Shown here: piece after piece, positions 45,772 to 55,561 of the stretch
How positions within the stretch are numbered: the stretch's first letter is position 1
How the letters are laid out: each line of letters begins with the position of its first letter
DNA from: an uncultured bacterium
Lineage (GTDB): Bacteria > Patescibacteriota > Minisyncoccia > Phycocordibacterales > CAIZLB01
Assembly (NCBI GenBank): GCA_903864515.1
Contig: CAIPFZ010000018.1
Span: forward strand, 17,290 to 81,289
Length of the DNA: 64,000 nucleotides
Direction of reading: 5' to 3'
Notes under the pieces: generated by a model
What the model saw: only the letters and a program-made list of their open reading frames with translations
What the model was told of the DNA's origin: nothing
Database searches by the model: none
Program-made: the position numbers and the translations under genes

Positions 45772-47094
45772 CTATTTAATTTTCCCCTTGAATTCCTCTG
45801 AAATAGTAATCTCAGTAAATACATCTTCTTTTTTGAAATATGAAGATAGGTGCTTAACGGCCTTGTCATAGTCAGCCCTTATAACCCCCTCTAGATATTC
45901 ACTTAATTTTTTTACACTCCTTCCGGATGCAATTTCTCGCTCTGCTGATTCTGCAATATCGCCACTTAAGAATTCACTGGCTAGTGTTCTTTCTATGATA
46001 ATTTTTCTTTCTCTCTCACAATCTTCTCTATATTCTCCTTTGACGAATCTGTCTATGGTGTCCCAAATTATGTTTTCAGCGTCTATTATATTCTCAGGTG
46101 CAACCTTAACCCAAATATTTTGAGAAATATATTTTGGATTCTTAAAGAAATTAACTCCAACTCCGTAGCACCAACTATTATCGTGTCTAAGTCTTCTAAA
46201 CAATACTTCCCGAAGTATCGTAGTAATCAAACCCAAAGTCTCTTCATCTGATTTTTTAAGCTCAAGAACCCTGTCTATCTCCAAAACCGCCTGTTTATTA
46301 TCAGTTCTTCCAATTTCTGCGTAGGTTTTTACCCATCTTTTTTCCTGAGGAAGATTTATTTTAGAAGGTATTTTAAAAGATGGACGTGCTTTTCCACTTG
46401 GTAACAGATCAATTTTATCCTTTATTTCCCTGACGATGGATTCATTAACTACTCCAGTTAGAATTATAATAGAATTCTCTCTAGTATAATTTTTGTGTGC
46501 TGATAAAATATCTGTCTTTGATATTTTTGCAACAGTATCAATCCAACCTAAAGGGGATGACATTCTACTTTTCTCAGGTATATCATTATAAAGATTTTTA
46601 CTCCATTTCTTTAGATATGCTATGTATTTATCGTTCAACAAATAATCCCAACCTTCTTGAGTTATTACCTTTCTTTCATGTTCAATATCCTCGTCTTTAA
46701 CAAGAGGTTTAAATATTAAATGATACATGCCCTCTATCGCAGGATTTGATTTTTGAGGTAGGAACTTACAAATATAGCAGGTGTCTGTAAAACGAGTGTG
46801 GGCATTTAGTGAATCAAGAAGATATTCCTTTGAAAACAAATCGATTGTCTTCTTGTTGCCATATAAGTCATTACCATCAAAAACAATATGTTCCAGGAAA
46901 TGGGCGGTACCTTCAGATCCTACCTTGTCATCTTGCGCACCGTGTTTAATCATCCATTTCAAAAAAGTACAGTTTGCCCAAGGCAGAGGTCTAGTATAAA
47001 TATCAACACCCTTGTAGGTTTGCTTTTTATAATCATATGGGTCAAAAGCTAATTTGGGAATTTTCAATGTCTCTTTTTGTTCTTTTTTGCTCAT
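45772..47094 (-). CDS. M16-family (pitrilysin/insulinase-like) zinc peptidase
   Basis: Inverted zinc-binding motif HFLEH in GTAHFLEHIVFDG near the N-terminus. Length fits a single M16 unit. Confidence 0.65.
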   Translation of the reverse strand: MSKKEQKETLKIPKLAFDPYDYKKQTYKGVDIYTRPLPWANCTFLKWMIKHGAQDDKVGSEGTAHFLEHIVFDGNDLYGNKKTIDLFSKEYLLDSLNAHTRFTDTCYICKFLPQKSNPAIEGMYHLIFKPLVKDEDIEHERKVITQEGWDYLLNDKYIAYLKKWSKNLYNDIPEKSRMSSPLGWIDTVAKISKTDILSAHKNYTRENSIIILTGVVNESIVREIKDKIDLLPSGKARPSFKIPSKINLPQEKRWVKTYAEIGRTDNKQAVLEIDRVLELKKSDEETLGLITTILREVLFRRLRHDNSWCYGVGVNFFKNPKYISQNIWVKVAPENIIDAENIIWDTIDRFVKGEYREDCERERKIIIERTLASEFLSGDIAESAEREIASGRSVKKLSEYLEGVIRADYDKAVKHLSSYFKKEDVFTEITISEEFKGKIK

Positions 47095-47149
47095 GTTGGT
47101 ATGATATCATTATATCGATTTATTAAAAGCTTTAAATTAAACACAAAAC

Positions 47150-47788
47150 ATGGCACTTTATACAGGAAAAGGAGATGGGGGAACAACAAAGACTTTTGGA
47201 TGCGATCAAAGAATTTCAAAGAGTTCTGAGGTGGCGGAGGCGCTAGGGTCTCTTGATGAAATCAATTCATTTTTGGGTTTAATTAAAATTAAAGCAGGGG
47301 AGTTAAAGCGAGATGCCAATAACTCATCAAACAAAGAAGGTGGCAATATTTTAATATTAGGAAAGGGTTTTAATGAAATAATTGAGGGTGTTCAGCAAAA
47401 TCTCTTTATAATTCAAGCTGAGGTTGCTGGGTCTGATATGACAATTAGTGAGAGTAAACTAAGGGAGTGCGAAGAGTATGTTGATGAAGCTGAAAGACTA
47501 CTACCTCCAATAAAAACTTTCTTTGTCTCTGGTGGAACAGAGTTGGCGGTTCTTTGTGATATATCAAGAACTATAGTTAGAAGGGCAGAGAGAAGGGTTG
47601 TTGCGATTGTTGATACACAACGCGTTACATTATCTCAAGAAGCTAGCTCAGAAAATCACAGTAGCGCTTCATCAGTTGGGCCCTGGACTCTCGCTTATCT
47701 TAATCGCCTATCTTCACTATTCTACGTTATGGCTAGATTAGCAAACCATTTTATGGGTATTTCGGAAGGTGCGCCATCTTATAAATAG
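47150..47788 (+). CDS. PduO-type ATP:cob(I)alamin adenosyltransferase family protein
   Basis: N-terminal MALYTGKGDGGTTKTFG matches the PduO-type ATR signature (iYTktGDkGeTsl). Helical bundle length fits. Confidence 0.6.
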   Translation: MALYTGKGDGGTTKTFGCDQRISKSSEVAEALGSLDEINSFLGLIKIKAGELKRDANNSSNKEGGNILILGKGFNEIIEGVQQNLFIIQAEVAGSDMTISESKLRECEEYVDEAERLLPPIKTFFVSGGTELAVLCDISRTIVRRAERRVVAIVDTQRVTLSQEASSENHSSASSVGPWTLAYLNRLSSLFYVMARLANHFMGISEGAPSYK

Positions 47789-47847
47789 TGTATTATCATA
47801 AAACAAAATATTAATTATCACACATTCACCTTATTTAACTTATAAAA

Positions 47848-49137
47848 ATGTCGCCACAATTAACATCAAAACAATATTCAAGATTAGCAACCCTGACAAT
47901 TGGCGTCATTGGCATACTATTCTTTGTGGCTGTGACCTCATTTGTAATATACGGAGTAGGAAATTTTATAATTGCTTGGCTTGGTAATAACAAGACAGCT
48001 TTCAGCTTGAGTGAAATGGATTCTATATCGGCGGGTGATGCTAATATATTAAGTGTAGTACAGAGTTTTGTTGGAAAATCACCTTCTACAGATATAGCAT
48101 CCACTTCAACTGCAATTTTAAACACTACACCCCTTAATGTAAGTACCTCCACATCATCCTCAAGTCTTCCTTATTCAGATATTCAATATGTGATATTTTC
48201 ATTGGACGGCTCAAGGTCTATTAATATGTGGAATGAGACTCGTCAATTTTCAAAAGATATGGAATTAAAGGGGAAGCCAATTCATTTCACATATTTTATT
48301 AATCCAATATATTTAATTACGAGAGAAATGGCTAAGGGTGCATATTTTCCACCAAGAGAATCTCCAGGAAAATCTTTAATTGGTTATGGAAATAATGGCT
48401 ACGATATTAAGCAGAGAGTAGAGCAAATTAACTCTGCTTTTTTGGAGGGTCATGAAATTGGTTCACATAATGTGGGTCACTTTAATGGTTCAAGGTGGAG
48501 TAAGGATGAGTGGCTTCAAGAATTTAATTCTTTTGATTCTGTGATAGCGAATGTGCAAAAAAATAACAAGGATATAGTAATTCCACCTTGGAGTTTTAAT
48601 TCGTCAGACATTGTTGGATTTAGAGCACCTGAACTTGGGGTTAATAGCAGTATGTATAAAGCTTTGGCAGAAAAGAAATATCTTTATGATTCAAGTGGTA
48701 TGGGAATGCCAAGTAAGTATCCGGTAAAAGATCAAAACGGTATTTGGCATATAGGATTAGGAATAATTAAGGTAAAAAATTTACATTCCAGTATAAGTAA
48801 CCCAAAATCTCAAAAAGCTGGAAAAAATTATTATGTCCTTTCTATGGATTATAATTTTTGGATGTATCAATCTAATGTCAGAAATGTAGCAAAGAAGGGT
48901 ACCCCACTTTGGAATAGTTTTTTTAGCGAGATGAAGGATGCGTATCTAAATTACTTCAATAGTAATTATGAAGGTAATCACGCACCAGTTGTAATTGGTC
49001 ACCATTTCTCAACATGGAATGACGGTGTTTATTGGGAGGTTATGAAATCTTTTGCTGAAGATGTTTGCGGAAAGCCTAAGGTTAAGTGTGTGACATTTAA
49101 GGAGTATGTAAATTATTTGAATTCTGTTGCTAAGTAA
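47848..49137 (+). CDS. membrane-anchored polysaccharide deacetylase-like (NodB/CE4-like) protein
   Basis: N-terminal TM. Candidate NodB motifs FSLDGS, HEIGSHNVGH, GFRAPELG. Assignment is tentative. Confidence 0.4.
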   Translation: MSPQLTSKQYSRLATLTIGVIGILFFVAVTSFVIYGVGNFIIAWLGNNKTAFSLSEMDSISAGDANILSVVQSFVGKSPSTDIASTSTAILNTTPLNVSTSTSSSSLPYSDIQYVIFSLDGSRSINMWNETRQFSKDMELKGKPIHFTYFINPIYLITREMAKGAYFPPRESPGKSLIGYGNNGYDIKQRVEQINSAFLEGHEIGSHNVGHFNGSRWSKDEWLQEFNSFDSVIANVQKNNKDIVIPPWSFNSSDIVGFRAPELGVNSSMYKALAEKKYLYDSSGMGMPSKYPVKDQNGIWHIGLGIIKVKNLHSSISNPKSQKAGKNYYVLSMDYNFWMYQSNVRNVAKKGTPLWNSFFSEMKDAYLNYFNSNYEGNHAPVVIGHHFSTWNDGVYWEVMKSFAEDVCGKPKVKCVTFKEYVNYLNSVAK

Positions 49138-49284
49138 TTGGATGGTTTGACCAGCGGGGTGGGGTGGGTGTCAAAAGTGATGAGGTTAAAAGCTGAGGTT
49201 TAAAAACTCGTCAAAAGACAATATTTGTGATATATATAGTGGGCGTCCGTTGATATTTAATCATTCAACTGATGCCAAGCGTAT

Positions 49285-49359
49285 GGTGCCTATAGTTTAG
49301 TGGTAAAACTCCGGTTTGTGGAACCGGTATCGAGAGTCCGATTCTCTCTAGGCACCCCA
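49285..49359 (+). tRNA. tRNA-His (anticodon GTG) with encoded G-1
   Basis: GGTGCCTATAGTTTAGTGGTAAAACTCCGGTTTGTGGAACCGGTATCGAGAGTCCGATTCTCTCTAGGCACCCCA. The extra 5' G pairs with the discriminator C. CCA encoded. Confidence 0.85.
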
Positions 49360-49361
49360 TA

Positions 49362-49616
49362 ATGTTCACCGTCTACATTCTAGAATGTTCGGATAAAACC
49401 CTATATGTTGGCTGTACTAATGATCTTGAAAAAAGACTCAATCAGCACAATAATTTAAAATCTGGTGCTCACTATACAAAAATAAGAAGGCCGGTTTTTT
49501 TGAAATATTCTGAAAATTTTGAAACCCTACTTGAGGCCAGAGGGAGGGAGGCTGAGATAAAGAGATTTACAAAAGCGAAGAAGTTGGAACTAATCAATTC
49601 TTCCATCGAACACTAA
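49362..49616 (+). CDS. GIY-YIG nuclease superfamily small protein
   Basis: YILECSDKTLYVGCTNDLEKRLNQHN is the GIY-YIG motif. Starts 3 nt after tRNA-His. Confidence 0.75.
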   Translation: MFTVYILECSDKTLYVGCTNDLEKRLNQHNNLKSGAHYTKIRRPVFLKYSENFETLLEARGREAEIKRFTKAKKLELINSSIEH

Positions 49617-49667
49617 TCTCTTTGGCGAGTAACTTATTTTAATAATTTGTAGTACAATAATGGAATT

Positions 49668-50267
49668 ATGGATCCTGTAGTGCTTTTAAATCATATTCTT
49701 GGTTTTGCTTCGTACTTTAGATACCCCCTGGTTGCTGTTGGAACTATTTTTGAGGGGCCTATCATAATGATTGCCGCGGGATTTCTGTACAGGACTGGTT
49801 TCTTTGAGTTAGTCCCTCTTTTTATAGCCATAGTAATTGGAGATTTGATTGGGGATGTAATATGGTATGTTGCTGGAAGATATTTTGCGCATCCAATTTT
49901 GAGTAAAAAAGGAAAGTTTGTTGGAATAACTCCAGAGCGATTTGAAAAGATTAATGATTTGTTTTCAAGATATCATGAGAGAATACTTATATTTTCTAAG
50001 TTAACGCTTGGTTTAGGTTTTGCGGTTGGTGTCTTGGTTGCGGCGGGAATGGCAAAGGTGTCCTTTAAAAGATATATGATTATAAATATAATAGGAGAAT
50101 TTTTCCTTGTCTCAGCTTTGATGTCCATTGGATATTTCTTCGGGCAAGTTTATTTGAATATTTCCAGCAATCTAAAAATAGGCTTTTTGATTACCGTTGC
50201 GGTTGTTATTTTAACCGCCTTCTATCTTTTCTCTCGCTATATAAACAAGAAAAGTAAGGAGCTATAA
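49668..50267 (+). CDS. DedA/SNARE-associated family membrane protein
   Basis: VAVGTIFEGPIIMIAAGFLYRTGFF and the overall 4-5 TM layout are typical of DedA. Confidence 0.65.
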   Translation: MDPVVLLNHILGFASYFRYPLVAVGTIFEGPIIMIAAGFLYRTGFFELVPLFIAIVIGDLIGDVIWYVAGRYFAHPILSKKGKFVGITPERFEKINDLFSRYHERILIFSKLTLGLGFAVGVLVAAGMAKVSFKRYMIINIIGEFFLVSALMSIGYFFGQVYLNISSNLKIGFLITVAVVILTAFYLFSRYINKKSKEL

Positions 50268-50300
50268 AGTAAGTCAAAGTAATTTATAATACAAAATAAG

Positions 50301-51014
50301 ATGCTATCTTTCATTATTCCAACATTAAACGAAGAAAAAACAATTGAGAACACCCTTAAATCAATTAATTCTTTTGTGGGTGATAAGGAAATAATAATAT
50401 CGGATGGTAAAAGTAGGGATAAAACAATTGAGATTGCTAAAAAGTATACTGATAAAATTATAGTTCACGATGGTTTAACTAGACAAAATATTGCTCAAGG
50501 TAGAAATGCTGGAGCAAGAGAATCTATTGGAGAATATATTATATTTATTGATGCTGATGTAATCATTCCTGATATAAATGGTTTTATAAAAAAAGCCGAG
50601 GGATATTTTAAGTCAGACAAGAATTTGGTTGCAATAACGGCGGGGTGTGTTGTTTTGAAGGATGTGGCAAATATTTGGGATATTATAATATTCAAGATTT
50701 TGGCATGGTACTTTTCTTTTCTTAATTATATTGGTTTTGGTGCTGCTGGGGGAGAGTTTCAAATGATTAAAAGAGACGCCTTTCTAAAGGTTAAGGGTTT
50801 TGATGAAGATATTGCTGTTAGTGAAGATATGGATTTGTTTTGGCGATTAGCAAAAATTGGTAAAACTAAACTACCTTTAGGTTTTAATGTTTATCATACT
50901 GGTAGAAGGGCTCATAAAATTGGTTGGCCGAGATTGCTGTGGCAATGGATTTCAAACACTATTACGGTTTTTTTCTTTAAAAGATCAGATGGGGAATGGA
51001 AGGAAATTAGATAG
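50301..51014 (+). CDS. family 2 glycosyltransferase
   Basis: N-terminal FIIPTLNEEKTI, then IIISDGKSRDKT and a DxD-type FIDADVII, give the GT-A fold. Confidence 0.7.
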   Translation: MLSFIIPTLNEEKTIENTLKSINSFVGDKEIIISDGKSRDKTIEIAKKYTDKIIVHDGLTRQNIAQGRNAGARESIGEYIIFIDADVIIPDINGFIKKAEGYFKSDKNLVAITAGCVVLKDVANIWDIIIFKILAWYFSFLNYIGFGAAGGEFQMIKRDAFLKVKGFDEDIAVSEDMDLFWRLAKIGKTKLPLGFNVYHTGRRAHKIGWPRLLWQWISNTITVFFFKRSDGEWKEIR

Positions 51015-51070
51015 TTCTATATGTTTGTGTATAATATGTGTATTAATATTGATAGAAATAATAAATAAAA

Positions 51071-52474
51071 ATGAGAGATTTAAAATTGTTTCCTGAACCT
51101 GTATCGCTAAGAAAATTAATTGGTCCAAGCTTTGTCATCCTTGCATTAGGGCTTGGTTCTGGGGAAGTTATACTGTGGCCTTATTTGGCAGCAAACTATG
51201 GTTTGGGTATTGCTTGGGGAGCAATTCTTGGAATCACATTTCAATACTTCTTAAATATGGAAATTGAGAGGTATGCTCTAGTTAAGGGAGAGAGTGTTTT
51301 TGTTGGTATTCATAAAATATTTAAACCAGCAGTCTATTGGTTTATTATTTCAACCTTCATAGGATTTGGACTTCCGGGAATTGTTGCTGCGTCAGCCCAG
51401 GTAATATCTACTGTTTTAGGGATAGAGAGTTTTAAGTGGGTTGCTATGATCTTGTTGCTTGTAATAGGTCTGATTCTAAGTACGGGAAAAACGGTATATG
51501 GAATGATGGAGACTCTCACAAAAATAATTCTAGGTGTTGCTGTGCCATTCTTGTTTCTACTTGCGATTTTTATAAGTACACAGACGGATTGGATTGCGTT
51601 GATGAACGGTTTGATTGGAAAGGGGGATGGATTTTGGTTTTTGCCAACCGGAATAAGTATGGCAACATTCTTGGCTGCGTTTGCCTACTCTGGAGCGGGA
51701 GGTAATTTAAATTTAACTCAGTCAATTTATATAAAGGAAAAAGGATATGGAATGGGTGTTTATTCTCAAAAGATTGCAAGCCTCTTCTCCAAGCATAAGG
51801 AGACTGAAATTGTTCTAGATGGAACTGATTGTGCAGCAACAGTTGAAGACGTAAGTCGCTTCAAAAAATGGTGGAAGTTAATCAGTATTGAACATGCTTT
51901 TGTGTTTTGGTTTCTAGGTCTTATTTCTATGATGTTTTTGATGATTCTCTCTTATGCCACAACACATGGTCTTGCGGGTAATGCACAAGGAATTAGTTTT
52001 GTAATTAAGGAGGGTTTGATTATTGGTCAAACAACGTATCCAATTATAGGAACACTGTTTTTGATTGCGGTGTCTGTAATGTTGTTTCAAACACAATTGG
52101 GAATTATGGATTCAACGTCTCGTATTATGGCAGAGAACTTAGCGATTAAAAAATTGCGTGGTAAAAAAGATGGAAAGATTAATCTATCAAAACTATATTA
52201 TTCATTTGTCTGGGCACAAATAGCTTTTGGAATAATATTATTCATATTTAATATATATGAGCCAAAGACATTAATAATACTAGGGGCTGTAATTAATGCC
52301 TTTGCGATGTTTGTGCATCTAGCTCTAGTTTTCTGGCTAAATCACTCTGTTTTACCAAAGGTCTTTCGTCCAAGTTGGCCAAGAAAAATAATTATAGGAA
52401 TAATTTTTGCTTTCTTTGGAATATTTAGTTTCTTTGTCTTATGGAGTAATGTTCTTAAAAACTGGTTTTTCTAA
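51071..52474 (+). CDS. Nramp-related polytopic transporter with non-canonical metal-site motif
   Basis: 11-12 TM helices. The N-terminal LIGPSFVILALGLGSGEVILWPYLAANYG parallels the Nramp LGPAF...DPGN region, but with GSGEV in place of DPGN. Confidence 0.4.
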   Translation: MRDLKLFPEPVSLRKLIGPSFVILALGLGSGEVILWPYLAANYGLGIAWGAILGITFQYFLNMEIERYALVKGESVFVGIHKIFKPAVYWFIISTFIGFGLPGIVAASAQVISTVLGIESFKWVAMILLLVIGLILSTGKTVYGMMETLTKIILGVAVPFLFLLAIFISTQTDWIALMNGLIGKGDGFWFLPTGISMATFLAAFAYSGAGGNLNLTQSIYIKEKGYGMGVYSQKIASLFSKHKETEIVLDGTDCAATVEDVSRFKKWWKLISIEHAFVFWFLGLISMMFLMILSYATTHGLAGNAQGISFVIKEGLIIGQTTYPIIGTLFLIAVSVMLFQTQLGIMDSTSRIMAENLAIKKLRGKKDGKINLSKLYYSFVWAQIAFGIILFIFNIYEPKTLIILGAVINAFAMFVHLALVFWLNHSVLPKVFRPSWPRKIIIGIIFAFFGIFSFFVLWSNVLKNWFF

Positions 52475-53667
52475 ATGGAGGGTGTTGTAGATGTTGCAGA
52501 GCTTGCTGTTGATGTTGCTGGCATTGTGGTTGTTGTTGCAAAACTCAAGAACTCTTGAATTGTCATTTTCTCTGTAAAGATATCATTTGCATTATCTACG
52601 CCAATGTATCTAAAATGCCATGGTTCATAAATGTAGCCCGTCTCCTTTTGTTTTTTATCAGGATAGCTCATTATAAAACCGTATTTATAACTATTCTTGG
52701 CCATCCATTTTCCTTCCTTGCTGTATGCAAATTTTGGACTAACTCCAGCGTAGTGAATGCTTTTTCCTGTTACGTCTATTGTTGTTCCAAGTTGATGTTC
52801 AGAGTGTCCAGCTTCTGCAATTCCAGATTTAGCTGAGGGTCCGCTCTTGTTTATCCACATTGAATATAAAAATTTTTGCATATCCGCACTTCTATATGAA
52901 GACGTGATTGCAATATCTAGATTCTCCTCTTTTGCGTCGGATATCATTTCATTTAAATGTCTTGTAATTCTATTTGAGACACACATAACTCCAATAGTTT
53001 TGATATCTTTTGAAACCCTAACCAAATCCTGAGGAATATAATCAAGTGGAACTGCTGTTGATCTGTTTAAGTTTTCAAATACCTTGTCAAAATCACTTTT
53101 TATTAAATCATTTTCTTCAATTATCCTAACTGATGTTGGACAAAGTTCTTTAAACATAAGATCGTTTATCGCCATTTTGGTTGATGAATCTAACTCTCCG
53201 GTTACAGGAAGACTTAACTTGGTCTGTACTATTTTTAGGTTCTTTTGAGTATTTGGTCCAAAATATCCTGTGGTTGAATTTTTTGTCTTGTCAACTGTTA
53301 AGGATTTTAAGATGATTTGTAGGACCTTAACATCATTACCCTTAGACCCTAGCTTTAATATTCTGTTGAACTCTCCATTCTCTTGCCAAACCTTTACTGC
53401 ATTTATGGATACAATAGATGATGAGCTTTTGTTTAATACGCTGGCAGCGGTACTACTTGCGTTTAGTATGTATATTTCTGGGGAGTAGGGTGTTGTTATT
53501 GCATAAAGTGGTTTGGAATCAAATACCTGACTTGAAAGGGTGAGATAAACTAACAGGAGACTGATTCTAATCACTATTCTTGATTTGGGGATATCTAAGG
53601 TCATGTTATTATATTTAGGTAGTATACTATATGTATCATGAATTTTGCTAACAAAAAACCAAATCAT
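52471..53667 (-). CDS. M15B/VanY-type D,D-carboxypeptidase with peptidoglycan-binding domain
   Basis: PG_binding_1-like segment (GSKGNDVKVLQIILKSL...GYFGPNTQKNLKIVQ). M15 motifs SSYRSADMQ and GHSEHQLGTTIDV. Confidence 0.7.
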   Translation of the reverse strand: MIWFFVSKIHDTYSILPKYNNMTLDIPKSRIVIRISLLLVYLTLSSQVFDSKPLYAITTPYSPEIYILNASSTAASVLNKSSSSIVSINAVKVWQENGEFNRILKLGSKGNDVKVLQIILKSLTVDKTKNSTTGYFGPNTQKNLKIVQTKLSLPVTGELDSSTKMAINDLMFKELCPTSVRIIEENDLIKSDFDKVFENLNRSTAVPLDYIPQDLVRVSKDIKTIGVMCVSNRITRHLNEMISDAKEENLDIAITSSYRSADMQKFLYSMWINKSGPSAKSGIAEAGHSEHQLGTTIDVTGKSIHYAGVSPKFAYSKEGKWMAKNSYKYGFIMSYPDKKQKETGYIYEPWHFRYIGVDNANDIFTEKMTIQEFLSFATTTTMPATSTASSATSTTPSI

Positions 53668-54006
53668 TTATTTAAATCATTTACTTACGCTTGGAAGGGG
53701 ATTAAACACGTGTTTAAGAACGAAAGAAACTTTAGGATACACATTATAATATCAGTACTTGTATTGTTTTTTGCTGTATATTTTAGAATAGAGGCAATTG
53801 AAATCGCTATTCTAATAATTTCAATATCAATGGTGTTGGTGGCTGAAATGATAAATAGCGCAATTGAATATACTTGGGATAAACTGGAGCCTAATCATCA
53901 TCCTGTTGTTGGGGTTATAAAAGATACTATGGCGGGATCTGTATTGTTAACATCCTTCGCTGCGGTTGTGGTGGGACTAATCATTATATTTAGAAATTTA
54001 ATTTAG
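53638..54006 (+). CDS. dgkA: diacylglycerol/undecaprenol kinase DgkA family
   Basis: Three TM helices with conserved AEMINSAIE and D..AG (VIKDTMAGSV) motifs. Confidence 0.75.
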   Translation: MNFANKKPNHLFKSFTYAWKGIKHVFKNERNFRIHIIISVLVLFFAVYFRIEAIEIAILIISISMVLVAEMINSAIEYTWDKLEPNHHPVVGVIKDTMAGSVLLTSFAAVVVGLIIIFRNLI

Positions 54007-54023
54007 TCATAAGATAAACAGCA

Positions 54024-54590
54024 ATGAATTCACCACTACTTTTATGGGCAGGTAAGATAGATTTAAATATAATTGATTTCATTACAACATCTGTTACTCC
54101 ATTTGGAGTGAGGTTATCTTTGTTTTTAAGTAATCTTGGTAGCCCACAGTCCTTCTTGTTGTTATTGATTGCTTCCGCTATGATTTTCTGGCTATTCAAA
54201 AAGCCATACTCATTAATTCAGTTTTTTGTAACACTAGGTGCAGGAATGTTGTCTGTTTATTTATTAAAGATTTTAATTGCTAGACCAAGGCCAATAGGGG
54301 CGCTTTTTGATATTGGTGGATATTCATTTCCAAGTGGACACGCAACAATTGCAACAATCTTCTCTGCTTTAATTATTTTTGCATATAAAAATCATATTAA
54401 GAATATATTCCTGAGGTCAATTTTTGTATTGGTCCTGTCTATTTTGGCCCTAGCTGTATCATTTAGCAGGGTCTATTTATCAGTTCATTACTTAAGTGAT
54501 GTTGTTGTAGGTATTTTGCTTGGCTTATTGATATCATCTTTGTCCGTATTTATATTTGAGAACTTATTCAAAAGGGAGGAGTTAATATAG
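54024..54590 (+). CDS. PAP2-family phosphatase (BcrC-type undecaprenyl-PP phosphatase-like)
   Basis: PAP2 motifs KILIARPRP, PSGHAT, SRVYLSVHYLSDVVVG. Confidence 0.75.
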   Translation: MNSPLLLWAGKIDLNIIDFITTSVTPFGVRLSLFLSNLGSPQSFLLLLIASAMIFWLFKKPYSLIQFFVTLGAGMLSVYLLKILIARPRPIGALFDIGGYSFPSGHATIATIFSALIIFAYKNHIKNIFLRSIFVLVLSILALAVSFSRVYLSVHYLSDVVVGILLGLLISSLSVFIFENLFKREELI

Positions 54591-54640
54591 ATCAGCGGAT
54601 TCTGCTGTTTATTTTACTAAATCACCCACTGGGTGATACA

Positions 54641-55465
54641 ATGATTTTTATGAATATATTTCACGCAATAATTTTAGGTATAGTTGAGGGAATTACTGAG
54701 TTTTTGCCAATATCATCAACCGGACACATGATATTAACCTCAAAAGTATTAGGGATACAAGAGACTGATTTTTTAAAGACATTTGAGATAGTTATTCAAT
54801 TAGGGGCAATACTTGCTGTTGTTGCTCTGTATTTTAAGAGATTAATAACCTCAATGGATACTATTAAAAAGGTAATTGTAGCCTTTATACCAACGGCTAT
54901 TATAGGATTGATATTTCACGATTTAGTAAAAGCATATTTACTTGGAAGTACATTGGTCGTCTCTATATCTTTGATTGTAGGAGGAATCATAATTATTTGG
55001 TTTGAAAAAACAAATCAGAAGAAGCAATTATCTCAGGCGCAAACAGCTGTTGGGGGAGAGGTTGGGAAGAGTTTGAATATTGATATTAGTTATATGCAAT
55101 CAATTAAGATTGGTTTTTATCAGTCAATCGCTATGATTCCTGGAGTCTCAAGATCTGCTGCAACAATAATTGGCGGTCAAATCTCAGGTCTGTCTAGAAT
55201 AGCCATTGTTGAATTTTCTTTTCTTTTGGCAATACCTACCATGTTTGCAGCATCCTTTCTGGATTTATATAAGGGGGTAGGGCACATTGGATCAAATGAA
55301 GTAATGCTTTTGGTGGTGGGTTTTGTTACAGCGTTTATTGTGGCATTCATAGCAATTAAGAGTTTCATAAACTATATTCAAAAACATAGCTTTATAGGCT
55401 TTGCTGTTTATAGAATTATAGTTGGTGTTTTGTTCCTGATTTTGCTAGCTTTCTCTGTTTTGTAA
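54641..55465 (+). CDS. uppP: undecaprenyl-diphosphatase UppP/BacA
   Basis: Signature GIVEGITEFLPISSTGHMIL, second conserved region PGVSRSAATIIGG. 8 TM. Confidence 0.85.
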   Translation: MIFMNIFHAIILGIVEGITEFLPISSTGHMILTSKVLGIQETDFLKTFEIVIQLGAILAVVALYFKRLITSMDTIKKVIVAFIPTAIIGLIFHDLVKAYLLGSTLVVSISLIVGGIIIIWFEKTNQKKQLSQAQTAVGGEVGKSLNIDISYMQSIKIGFYQSIAMIPGVSRSAATIIGGQISGLSRIAIVEFSFLLAIPTMFAASFLDLYKGVGHIGSNEVMLLVVGFVTAFIVAFIAIKSFINYIQKHSFIGFAVYRIIVGVLFLILLAFSVL

Positions 55466-55561
55466 TTTTTACTTAGTGTGGCTGGTGTAATAAAAAGTTA
55501 TCCCCACCCCACCCATCCCCAAATCCACTCACTATGTTAAAATTAAACCACGCCCACTCTG

